Shown in pieces: positions 16,931 to 25,454 of a stretch of DNA of 32,000 nucleotides. Position 1 is the stretch's first letter. Each line of letters begins with the position of its first letter. A program made the position numbers and the translations under genes. Source of the DNA: Puniceicoccales bacterium (lineage in GTDB: Bacteria; Verrucomicrobiota; Verrucomicrobiia; Opitutales; JAIRLG01); the NCBI GenBank assembly GCA_031288595.1, contig JAITRB010000011.1, forward strand, positions 1-32,000, written 5' to 3'. The notes under the pieces were generated by a model that saw nothing but the letters and a program-made list of their open reading frames with translations, ran no database searches and was not told the DNA's origin.

Positions 16931-18124
16931 ATGAACGGCTCGCCCATTCCGAGCTTCGGCTTCGAGATCATGCATAGGGACAAGGGGAGCCAGGCCCGCT
17001 GTGGCCACCTTCGGACTCCACACGGAAGCGTTGAGACCCCGAACTTCATCTTCTGCGCCACCAAGGGGGCGATGAAGTCGGTGAGCCTGCAGCAGATGCG
17101 CGAGGCCGGTGCGGAGATCATCTTGTCCAACACCTATCACCTCCTGCTGCGTCCGGGCGGCAGGGCCGTCGAGCGCCTGGGAGGCTTGCACCGCCTGATG
17201 GATTGGCAGGGCCCCCTGCTGACCGATTCCGGCGGGTTTCAGATCTTCAGCTTGGGTCACGGCGGCGTGGCCCAAGAGATCAAGGGCCATCGTCCCTTTG
17301 AGAATGATTACTCAAGGACACTCATTAGGGTCGAAGAGGAAGGGGCCGTATTTCGCTCCTATGTCGATGGGAAGCAGTTCCGCCTGAGCCCGGAACTGGT
17401 AATGGAAACCCAGCGGCAGCTCGGAGCCGACCTCGTCCTAGCCTTGGATGAGTGTACGCCCTTCCATGTGGGAAAAGCGGAAACCGAGGCGTCGATGGAG
17501 CGCAGCCATCGCTGGGAGGAGAGAAGTTTGAAGGCCTTTCTGGCCCACGATGACGGGCGGCAGGCGCTCTACGGCATCCTGCAGGGCGGGGTTTACGAAG
17601 ACCTGCGAGCCCGAAGCGGAGCCTACATCGCGGGCCGGCCCTTTTTCGGCCAGGCCATCGGGGGCAGTTTGGGCGATACGGCCGAGCGGATGCACGAGGT
17701 GGTTGCGATGACGAGCCGTTATCTCCATCCCGAACGCCCGACGCATCTGTTGGGCATCAGTGGATTTCGGGATATTTGGAACGGCGTCGCCTGTGGCGTC
17801 GACACCTTCGACTGCGTCCACCCGACCCGGGTCGCCCGACATGGCATCGCCCTCGTCCCTCCCTCTCTGGCCGAAGGCAGAGGATTTCTGAATCTGAAGA
17901 ACAGCCGATTTCGCTGCGATGATAATCCGATCAATGCCGATTGTCCCTGCTATGGCTGCCGCTCCTTCACGCGGTCCTATCTGCACTACCTCTTCCATGC
18001 CCGCGAGCTGCTGGGCGGCCAGCTACTGACGATGCACAACGTCGCCTTCATGGTCCAGCTGATGCGGCAGATCCGACAATCCATCCGCGAGGGCCGTTTC
18101 GCCGAAGCCCGAAAGGAGTGGTAG
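16931..18124 (+). CDS. tgt: queuine/preQ1 tRNA-ribosyltransferase
   Basis: Motifs ILSNTYHLLLRPG, LLTDSGGFQIFSL, LALDECTP, LYGILQGG and GVDTFDCVHPTRVARHG, plus a zinc site (CPCYGCRSFTRSYLHYL). There is an insertion of about 20 aa after the DSGGFQ block relative to E. coli Tgt. Confidence 0.9.
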   Translation: MNGSPIPSFGFEIMHRDKGSQARCGHLRTPHGSVETPNFIFCATKGAMKSVSLQQMREAGAEIILSNTYHLLLRPGGRAVERLGGLHRLMDWQGPLLTDSGGFQIFSLGHGGVAQEIKGHRPFENDYSRTLIRVEEEGAVFRSYVDGKQFRLSPELVMETQRQLGADLVLALDECTPFHVGKAETEASMERSHRWEERSLKAFLAHDDGRQALYGILQGGVYEDLRARSGAYIAGRPFFGQAIGGSLGDTAERMHEVVAMTSRYLHPERPTHLLGISGFRDIWNGVACGVDTFDCVHPTRVARHGIALVPPSLAEGRGFLNLKNSRFRCDDNPINADCPCYGCRSFTRSYLHYLFHARELLGGQLLTMHNVAFMVQLMRQIRQSIREGRFAEARKEW

Positions 18125-18139
18125 ATTCGGTTCTACGTC

Positions 18140-18230
18140 GGCTGGCTTTCGATTCCTCCGGAATCGTGCCCGCTGCGCGGGCCGCCTGGAGGAAAAGGGC
18201 AAAGCCCTTTCCCTCCAGGCAAAGCCAGCC
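18140..18230 (+). repeat. Four-way-junction extragenic palindromic element, copy A
   Basis: GGCTGGCTTT / GATTCC-tcc-GGAATC / GCCCGC-tgc-GCGGGC / GCCTGGAGGAAAAGGGC-aaa-GCCCTTTCCCTCCAGGC (one A:C mismatch) / AAAGCCAGCC. It starts 16 nt after the tgt stop. Confidence 0.8.
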
Positions 18231-18407
18231 CCGAGATATCCCAGCATTTTCTCCACGACCAGAACTCTCTCTACCCTCCCCTCCCTCAAGAGAGGCCCCC
18301 ATAGCGCAGGGGCGAGTTTTAGCCCTCGGACTTGCCGAGCACGGCACCCTCTTCGGGAATCCCGTTGACAATGATCGGCAAAGCTTTCTGTTCCGTATAC
18401 GGAGTAC

Positions 18408-18482
<75 letters not shown>

Positions 18483-18502
18483 GGAGAGATTCCATCATCA
18501 TC

Positions 18503-18546
18503 GACCTTCCTTTGCAGGAAGACCTTCCTTTGCAGGAAGATTTTTA
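18503..18546 (+). terminator. tandemly duplicated 18-bp hairpin unit ending in a T-run (probable tRNA-Asn terminator)
   Basis: GACCTTCCTTTGCAGGAA occurs twice (18503-18520, 18521-18538). Each unit forms CTTCC-tttgca-GGAAG. The second copy is followed by ATTTTT. Confidence 0.55.
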
Positions 18547-18592
18547 GACGGCTTGGGCTTGCCACAGGCTTTTTTTATATTACACTGAAATT

Positions 18593-21352
18593 ATGGATGT
18601 TGTATGGAATAGATCTAGAGGGGCATTCCTCGTATGTGTTGGGAGCACGCTCTTCGCCGTCCAGTCTTCGTCGGAGACAACAACGGTTTTCACTTCGGCC
18701 TATGGGGATACCGCTGAGGAAAAGATACTACACTTGGGTGAAATTTCAGAAGACTTTCTCGAAAAATATGCTCTCGAGGGAGATTCATGGAGTGAAGAGG
18801 ACAGTCCGGCAAAGTTGGTGATGCCGCAATCTGTTCCGAAACAGAAGCCGGATCCCTCGGCTCAGAAAAAGGCGAGCTCATCGATGGCACCGGAATCGAC
18901 ATCATCGCCCTCATCGGGTTCACCGAGATCGGCGAGGCCGGAACGCGCATCGAAGAGGGGCAATACCGAGATGAGAGGAGACGCTCCGAGAGCAAAGGGC
19001 GAAAAATCGTCGGTGGATGCGAAGAGGAAGGCGGCGCCTCCGGAAGAATCTTCAGGGAAGAGAAGACGGAAACGGGCATCGGCTGCGGAAGACTTCGATC
19101 CGGAGGCCGAGATGCGTTCATCGGATTCCCCGAGACCCAAAAGATCCAGACGGGCGAGACGAGCGAGCAGAGCCGCAGCCTATTCAGGCGATAGATCCGC
19201 ATCGCAAGCAGGGGGCTTTGTCTACGTATCGAAGAGCTATTATGCCGATGCAGGAGCTTTCTCTCAGGGGGGAGATGATGCTTCCTCTGCCTTCCCCTCA
19301 GCTCCCGAGGGAGGCTATGCTGATAGAACTGCTGATCCTTACGCTGTGCCTTCTTGGAACGATCAGGCGACTTGGGCCTCTAGCACGGGCGCTAATTCTT
19401 TCCCCTCAAGTGAGATGCCGATGGCCTACTGGGAGAACACCGGAGCCACTGACCCTTTCCTCAGCATCTCATCGGGTTATGGGGAGCATTCTTTTGCCCA
19501 GTCCTCGTCTTTCGGCAGCGCCAGCCACAGGGATCTTTCCTCTCCTCGGGAACTTTCTCCAGGCCACACGCAGGATGAGAGCAGGGCCACTCCTCCTTCC
19601 AATAGACCAGTAGGCGCGCCGGAAGCGAGGGTAGATTTCTCTTTTCCCCAAGTACCCTCTTCTGCACCCTATCCGTCTTATGGGGGCTATGGGGCTCCGG
19701 CAGATGTGCCGCCCTACCACGAGGCTCTGGTAATGCCCGTTCCGACCGGAGGTGGAATCGCGTTAAGCGAAGAACAGCTCCTAAAAATCGTCGATGCCCT
19801 CTGCAAGCGGCAAGACGCCGGAGACCCGCGACTGCAGCTTCCCGCAGATTCCCAATCGCCATCGGAAGAGCTATCAGGACAGCAACAGGGGCAAGAACGG
19901 GAACAGGCACCACTGAACAGAAGCCTGATCATGCACCTTTTGGAGACCTGGTTTCAGGAGCACGGCCAGGAATCCGAAGAGGGACAGCAGCTATTGCAGG
20001 AATTGGACGGATTTCTGGCGAAGTACCTGCCGAGAGAGGCCAAGGAAAGGGTTGTCATTCAGGAAGTGATCAAAGAGGTATATAGGGATCGATATGTCAC
20101 AGAAACTCCTGGTTCTGATGATGGAAACTGGAGGCAGTATGTCGATTTTTCACTGCCACCGACGCCAGAAGAATTCACGCAATTTTTCACGAGCAGCGAA
20201 CACGACGCTGCCGTCTTGACAGAAGTCTTTTTTAAAAGATGGCGAAGCATCGTAGAAGATTTGGGGATTTGGAGCCTCAAGCCCGACCTGAATTCTTTGG
20301 AGCGAAAACAATTAGAAGAGATCGTGGATCAATGGAAGAGGCTCGAGCAGAATAGCCAGAATGATGCCGCTCTGGCATTTAATTACGAAAAATTTAGGGG
20401 GAAAGGCATAGCGGCTTGGCGTAAGTTTGCTTGGGCGAGTCCCCTAGACGCTATATTTCCCGGTGATGAGGGAAAAGAGAAACGGGATCTGATTGAATTG
20501 TGCCTGCAGGAGGAAAGACAAGCGGAAGAAGTAGAAACTTTGATGAAAAGACAGGGAGAGCTGGAACAGCGGCTGTCTAATGAACCCTCTAATTCTGTAC
20601 TGAGTGACACGGCTATACGATCCATCATTTCGGCACTTCCGCTGAAGCGCTGTGAACAGGAAGAATGGATATTAAATAGAGCAAAAATGGCTCAAATGTT
20701 ACTGATAAAGCCGATTTTCGAAAAACTGCGCCAGTTAAAAAAAGAGAATAAGATGGCAGAAGCTGTACAGCTGTTCATCGAAAAAGCCATGATCCCTTTT
20801 GAGCGGGAAGCGGCAGAGAGAAGACGGAGAGAACTTGGAGATCCGAGTCTACATGAGTCGTTTTTGGCCAACGAGTGGTATATTTTGATGAACCATGAGA
20901 AGAGCGCCTTTGAGAACCTGAAAAGGATGTTCCTGAACAACCTCACCCTGTGGCAGAAACAAACCCTATCTCCAGAAAAACTGACCCAGTTTAAGGAAGC
21001 CCTTGAGGTGCTGGAGCGCTATCGTCGTTCTGCGACTTCAAGCGAAGAGATAAATTCAGGGGAAGAGTTGAGGTCGGCGGATCTACTCGCGTTGATAGAA
21101 ACTCTGGTAGAATGGCTGCGAGATGAATGGATGCAGGCTGAAGCTCAGAAAAAAAATAACATCATATCGGAACAGGCCTTATCGGATATGAAGGCTTTCC
21201 ATAAGACCTTCAAATGGATCTTGAACCCAAAATCCGAGTCTTTTCGGATGCCGGAAAAGCCAAAGCCTGGCGCTGCGCCATCGTTCCGGGGATCTCCGCC
21301 ACCACCGCCACCTCCTCCGCCGCCGCCTCCTCCTCCTTCTGGTGGTAAATAG
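18593..21352 (+). CDS. large orphan protein: hydrophobic N-terminus, disordered Ser/Pro/basic region with NLS-like clusters, helical C-terminal domain, terminal Pro14 tract
   Basis: 919-aa ORF behind an AT-rich upstream region. Basic clusters are GKRRRKRAS and PRPKRSRRARRAS. The helical, lower-GC C-terminal half ends in SFRGS-P14-SGGK. The Pro tract at 21296-21337 uses mixed CCN codons. Confidence 0.8.
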   Translation: MDVVWNRSRGAFLVCVGSTLFAVQSSSETTTVFTSAYGDTAEEKILHLGEISEDFLEKYALEGDSWSEEDSPAKLVMPQSVPKQKPDPSAQKKASSSMAPESTSSPSSGSPRSARPERASKRGNTEMRGDAPRAKGEKSSVDAKRKAAPPEESSGKRRRKRASAAEDFDPEAEMRSSDSPRPKRSRRARRASRAAAYSGDRSASQAGGFVYVSKSYYADAGAFSQGGDDASSAFPSAPEGGYADRTADPYAVPSWNDQATWASSTGANSFPSSEMPMAYWENTGATDPFLSISSGYGEHSFAQSSSFGSASHRDLSSPRELSPGHTQDESRATPPSNRPVGAPEARVDFSFPQVPSSAPYPSYGGYGAPADVPPYHEALVMPVPTGGGIALSEEQLLKIVDALCKRQDAGDPRLQLPADSQSPSEELSGQQQGQEREQAPLNRSLIMHLLETWFQEHGQESEEGQQLLQELDGFLAKYLPREAKERVVIQEVIKEVYRDRYVTETPGSDDGNWRQYVDFSLPPTPEEFTQFFTSSEHDAAVLTEVFFKRWRSIVEDLGIWSLKPDLNSLERKQLEEIVDQWKRLEQNSQNDAALAFNYEKFRGKGIAAWRKFAWASPLDAIFPGDEGKEKRDLIELCLQEERQAEEVETLMKRQGELEQRLSNEPSNSVLSDTAIRSIISALPLKRCEQEEWILNRAKMAQMLLIKPIFEKLRQLKKENKMAEAVQLFIEKAMIPFEREAAERRRRELGDPSLHESFLANEWYILMNHEKSAFENLKRMFLNNLTLWQKQTLSPEKLTQFKEALEVLERYRRSATSSEEINSGEELRSADLLALIETLVEWLRDEWMQAEAQKKNNIISEQALSDMKAFHKTFKWILNPKSESFRMPEKPKPGAAPSFRGSPPPPPPPPPPPPPPSGGK

Positions 21353-21755
21353 CGGGAACAGGAACCATGCCCCAAGCGGAAGAGGGAATAAAGGCTGGAG
21401 GGGCGTAGTCGCAGCAGGTGGCGTGGAAAGGTGGAGAGATCTTGCCTCACGAAGGCCAGCATCTGCCCTTGCGGCGACGATACCTTCCCAAACTCCGGAA
21501 TAAGTAGGAGCGGAAGGATTGGGTTATCGACTCATGGATCCCTATCGGCAGGCCAAAGCATGGGTAGAGGGCTAAAATCCTCCCGTACCAGTACCTGAGA
21601 GTTCAGAACATGGTCGGAGATGAAACGCTAAACGTAAATAGGCCAAGGGGAGGGAGAGCCTATCCCTCTTGGGGAGAACGAGGGACTTATCCCTTTTCCC
21701 GTTCAAGGAGAAAACGGAAACAGTTCTGAGCTTTACAGTTACAGGATTCGGCTCT

Positions 21756-22628
21756 TCACCCCAAAATGGAGAGCATTTCTCCGCGGTAGAAGCAGGTCAC
21801 GCGGCGAGTGCTCTGGGAAACGGCGATGGCGACGCATGGGATCAAGGAGGAGATGGCCGCCGCGGCTGCGTGGCGGGTTCCCAGGCCCAGAGGAAGTGAG
21901 ATATGGCAGACCTTGGGCGTCTGGATCATCATACCCGCCGCTTCGATGATCCCATCGCTGCGGATGATGAAGGCGCCATCGAGGGAGGAGAACTCCTTGA
22001 CCGTTTCGACGACAAAGGGATCGAGAATATTGCGCTGCTTCTCCGCGTGGCCGTGGAAGGGATTGAGGATGAGCGGGCAGGTATAGGGGCGGATCTGCTC
22101 GCTGTCCCCGAGGATGAAGAGGCAGCCGGTGGCCCTGCCTTCCCGACCCTCGACGGCGATTTCGGAGGCGACGGAGAGAACATTTGCCAGAACGGAAGGC
22201 TGCACTTCGGACGGCAGCGATTTCCCCTTTAACAGGGCCATCGACTCCATTTCATCTCTCACATCGACGAGTGCAATGGTGTCGAATGTGTTGCTTCCGG
22301 TGAGACCGGCGACGCAGCAGATCCTCTCATGAATGGAAAAAATGCCCCGGGTCGTCCCGATGACGATCGCGCTTCGCCGCTGGGAAAATCGCTGTGAGGT
22401 AATCGAGGCGACCTCGATGAGGTAATCGAAATGATCCTTTTCCGAAAAATCGACGGACTTCCGAGTCACGAGAACGATCTTTCCTTTTTCAAAGGAGAGA
22501 TTTAGGTCCTTCCACTCCACCATCGTATCGCCAAAAATCATCAGGGCAACACAATGAGCCACCTCGGCGATCTTCCCCGCTTCCTGGAAGATCAGATCGT
22601 TAAAACTATCCTTCCGGCATGGATTCAT
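21756..22628 (-). CDS. diadenylate cyclase (DAC domain) with a soluble N-terminal alpha/beta domain
   Basis: The C-terminal half has SLDGAFIIRSDG (DGA motif) and LGLGTRHAAAAAIS (a GTRHR-type motif, here RHA). The N-terminal ~150 aa have no TM helices. The start is trimmed to ATG 22628 because the longer ORF overlaps gmhA. Confidence 0.75.
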   Translation of the reverse strand: MNPCRKDSFNDLIFQEAGKIAEVAHCVALMIFGDTMVEWKDLNLSFEKGKIVLVTRKSVDFSEKDHFDYLIEVASITSQRFSQRRSAIVIGTTRGIFSIHERICCVAGLTGSNTFDTIALVDVRDEMESMALLKGKSLPSEVQPSVLANVLSVASEIAVEGREGRATGCLFILGDSEQIRPYTCPLILNPFHGHAEKQRNILDPFVVETVKEFSSLDGAFIIRSDGIIEAAGMMIQTPKVCHISLPLGLGTRHAAAAAISSLIPCVAIAVSQSTRRVTCFYRGEMLSILG

Positions 22629-22695
22629 GGGCGTATAGGTCAGCGAGGCGAATTTTAGCAGGGGAAAATTTTGGGAGCAAGGTCCAATTCCGCCA

Positions 22696-23325
22696 TTAGG
22701 CGAAAAAATATTGCTCCAGCATAGCGCAAAGGGTGTGGTAGATCGGCAGGTGCAATTCCTGGATCTTGTAGGTTTCCCGCTCCGGTGCACAGATGCAGAC
22801 ATCACAGAGGGCTTTCAGATGACCGCCGGTCTCGCCGGAAAGTCCGATGACCTTCATCCCTTTGGCTTGGGCGGTTCTGGCGGCCAGACATACATTCTTC
22901 GCATTGCCGGAAGTGCTGATGCCCCAGAGAATGTCTTCGGGATGGCCAAAGGCCCAGGTCAGCTGGGCAAAGGTATAGGATGGGTCGCAGTCATTGGCGT
23001 AGGCCGTAGCGATGGCGACAAAATCCGGCAGCGCCAGAGCCGGCAGTGCGCCCTGCAAATTTCTGGCCAACTCGTCTCCCAGGAGCCTGTGCCCTTCCTC
23101 TGGCAGGGACCGTGGGCAGCGAAAGCCCTTCAGCAACTCACCGGCAATATGGCCGCAATCCGCCGCACTCCCACCATTGCCACAGAGCAGGAGCTTCCCT
23201 TTTTTCTGAAAGGCGAGGCGCAGGCAGTCGTAGGCCCCTTCGATCTCCGACCGACAGGACGCCAGGCAGGGATAGCGCCGCAGACAATCCTCTAAAATGG
23301 CTAGAACGGACGGTAGAAATTCCAC
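22696..23325 (-). CDS. gmhA: SIS-domain phosphoheptose isomerase
   Basis: Motifs KGKLLLCGNGGSAADCGHIAGEL and GISTSGNAKNV, with a length of 209 aa. GTG start. Confidence 0.8.
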   Translation of the reverse strand: MEFLPSVLAILEDCLRRYPCLASCRSEIEGAYDCLRLAFQKKGKLLLCGNGGSAADCGHIAGELLKGFRCPRSLPEEGHRLLGDELARNLQGALPALALPDFVAIATAYANDCDPSYTFAQLTWAFGHPEDILWGISTSGNAKNVCLAARTAQAKGMKVIGLSGETGGHLKALCDVCICAPERETYKIQELHLPIYHTLCAMLEQYFFA

Positions 23326-23518
23326 GGGGCTTTTCTAATCATTGGACTGCCGGCGAAAAGTAAAAATTTCACGCTTGCGTTTCCGGGTCCTGGGAAAAGC
23401 ATTTCTCTCCATCTGTCAGCGGAGATGGTGAAAAATATTGACAACCCTCCTGTTCATAGGGCAAAAATAGATATTCATCCGTCAAGAGGGAGAATTCTGA
23501 ACACATCACTGCAGGTTT

Positions 23519-25393
23519 ATGGATAACGCATCGGAATCGATTTTCAAAAAGCATCCGGTTCTGGCTCAGGAACAGGAGAAGGTGAAACGCATGATGGCAG
23601 GGGCCTATTGCCTGCACGCCAGCTGGGGATTGGGCAAGATTCAGCTCTACGATGCGGTGTTGGATCGCTTTGTCCTTGACTTTGAAGCGGGGCCGAAAAA
23701 CCACCTGATGGAGCCGGAATTCTGCGTTCGGAAGCTGGAGATCCTGGATGAGCAGCACCTGTTGGTCCGCTTTCAGCAGGATCCCGATGGGCTGAAGAAG
23801 CAGATCAAAGAGGATCCTATTGGTCCGATCCTGCAGATGATGAAGGAAAACCAACAGACGCAGATCCTCGCGAGCGAGATCGAGCGCCACTTCAGGCCCA
23901 TCATCGGTGTCTCCGCCTATCGCAGCTGGTGGAATCGCACCCAGAAGCTCATGGCGGAAGATGGGCGCATCCGGCCGCTAGAGGGAAAGATCAACACCTT
24001 CGTCCTCTGCGAAGAGCCCATGGATGTGGTCGCCGAGCTGCTTTGCCAGTTCGACCTGCACCGCGAGGCGATTGGGAAAATTTCCGTTCTGGAAAAAGTT
24101 CTTCGGCTCTCGGAGGAGCATCGCCTGGGGCTCATCGACCACATTCCGCTCTTCGTCAAGGCACTGCAGGCGGCCATCACCGGTGATTCCCCACTGCCCA
24201 TCGCCAAAAAACTGCAGGCCTGTTTCCTCCGTGACCGCCTCTTCCAAATCCAGGGAGAAAGCGCGGATTTCGTCGAGCCATCGGCCAAGTCGATCTTGCT
24301 CGAGGCCGGCAATCATCTCAGTCCACTGGCAGAGGCATTACCTCCTCACTACAGTGCCCAGTTTCTGAACCTCGTGGCTTGTGCCTATCCCGACGAATGG
24401 GAGGAGCGCTGTGCGCAGCTGCTGAGAAACAGCTCGGAGAAATTCATCAGTGACTGCGTGGCGTTCTTCATGGAACGCGGCTGTGGCGACGTCGTCGCTG
24501 CCTACTTCCTGCGCTGGTTGCGGGAGCATACGATGAAGGCGCCGGTGCTCCACTGGATACTCAAGAACCGCCATGCGCGCCGCTTCGCCGATGTCATCGA
24601 TGGGCAGCTCATAGGGGTTGCGCTCCTGCGGGCCATTTTTCGCGCGGTGGACATGGAAGCCGTACATCTCTCGGGCAACAAGCGCATCCCTCTCGCGGAG
24701 CTCCTGAGCAAGGATTACAATCTGATCCCCGACCTCCTGGCCGATGCTTCGGCCGAGGAGGCCCGCGACCTGGCCCAGATGCTGTGGACCAGCCAGGGAT
24801 TCAATGCCCTGACCAAGAAATCGCTCCTGGCGCGCTTCATCAAGCTCTTCCCCCAGGTCCAGAGCCTGCTCATGAAGGATGTCCAGAGGGACGTCGAGGA
24901 GCAGGAAACCCTAAAGGTGTCACCGGAAAGCCTAGAGGCCAAGCGGCGGGAATACGAAGACCTCCTCTCGCGCCGGATTCCGGAGAACAAGCGGGCGATT
25001 CAGATTGCTAAGGAGGAAGGAGATTTGCGGGAAAACTCCGAGTACAAGATGGCCCGCCAGGATCAGGAAACGCTCCTGGCCCTCAGGGCCCAGCTGGAGA
25101 AGGATTTGGCCCGGGCCCAGGTCATCCGCTTCGAAGAGGCCGATACCAGCAGCGTTTCCATCGGCTCCACCGTGACCCTGCGCCATCGCGACACTCAGAA
25201 AAGCGAGACTTTCTCCATACTCGGAGCTTGGGACGGCAATCCGGACAAGAACATCCTCTCCTACCGTTCGCCGCTGGGAAAGGACCTCATGGGCAAGAAG
25301 TTGGGCCAGACGGTTCTTCGGGCCAACGGTCAAGAGATCGACGAGTGGATCATCGAGTCCATCGGCCGCTGGGTCGATCGGGAGAAGTGCTGA
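23519..25393 (+). CDS. greA: GreA-family transcript cleavage factor with a ~460-aa N-terminal extension
   Basis: The C-terminal ~160 aa carry the Gre coiled-coil (REYEDLLSRRIPENKRAIQIAKEEGDLRENSEYKMARQDQETL) and a C-terminal globular domain (VSIGSTVTLRH..FSILGAWD..ISYRSPLGKDLMGKKLGQTV). Confidence 0.85.
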   Translation: MDNASESIFKKHPVLAQEQEKVKRMMAGAYCLHASWGLGKIQLYDAVLDRFVLDFEAGPKNHLMEPEFCVRKLEILDEQHLLVRFQQDPDGLKKQIKEDPIGPILQMMKENQQTQILASEIERHFRPIIGVSAYRSWWNRTQKLMAEDGRIRPLEGKINTFVLCEEPMDVVAELLCQFDLHREAIGKISVLEKVLRLSEEHRLGLIDHIPLFVKALQAAITGDSPLPIAKKLQACFLRDRLFQIQGESADFVEPSAKSILLEAGNHLSPLAEALPPHYSAQFLNLVACAYPDEWEERCAQLLRNSSEKFISDCVAFFMERGCGDVVAAYFLRWLREHTMKAPVLHWILKNRHARRFADVIDGQLIGVALLRAIFRAVDMEAVHLSGNKRIPLAELLSKDYNLIPDLLADASAEEARDLAQMLWTSQGFNALTKKSLLARFIKLFPQVQSLLMKDVQRDVEEQETLKVSPESLEAKRREYEDLLSRRIPENKRAIQIAKEEGDLRENSEYKMARQDQETLLALRAQLEKDLARAQVIRFEEADTSSVSIGSTVTLRHRDTQKSETFSILGAWDGNPDKNILSYRSPLGKDLMGKKLGQTVLRANGQEIDEWIIESIGRWVDREKC

Positions 25394-25454
25394 GCGATTT
25401 TTGGGAAGGCTCCAGAGAGTCAGCTCGAATCCCTTTCATGCTTGGAAAATCGGG

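Noticed and set aside
15588-16934. 448-aa ORF overlapping the MFS transporter in another frame
   Set aside because: Its Arg/Pro/Leu/Gly-rich composition has no hydrophobic periodicity. The alternative frame gives a clean 12-TM MFS protein with the GxxxDRxGRR loop.
21145-21462. 105-aa minus-strand ORF containing a poly-Gly run
   Set aside because: The poly-Gly run is simply the reverse complement of the Pro14 codons of the 919-aa gene. There is no independent support.
21353-21755. tmRNA, RNase P RNA, SRP RNA or 6S RNA in the long spacers (also 30356-31069)
   Set aside because: There is no GGAAAGTCC P4 signature, no tRNA-like T-arm/ACCA end with a tag ORF and no SRP domain IV motif. 6S RNA cannot be excluded by eye.
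22629-22805. Longer start for the diadenylate cyclase ORF
   Set aside because: The extra 59 codons overlap the 3' end of gmhA on the same strand and translate to Cys/Arg/Ser-rich sequence. ATG 22628 lies after the gmhA stop.
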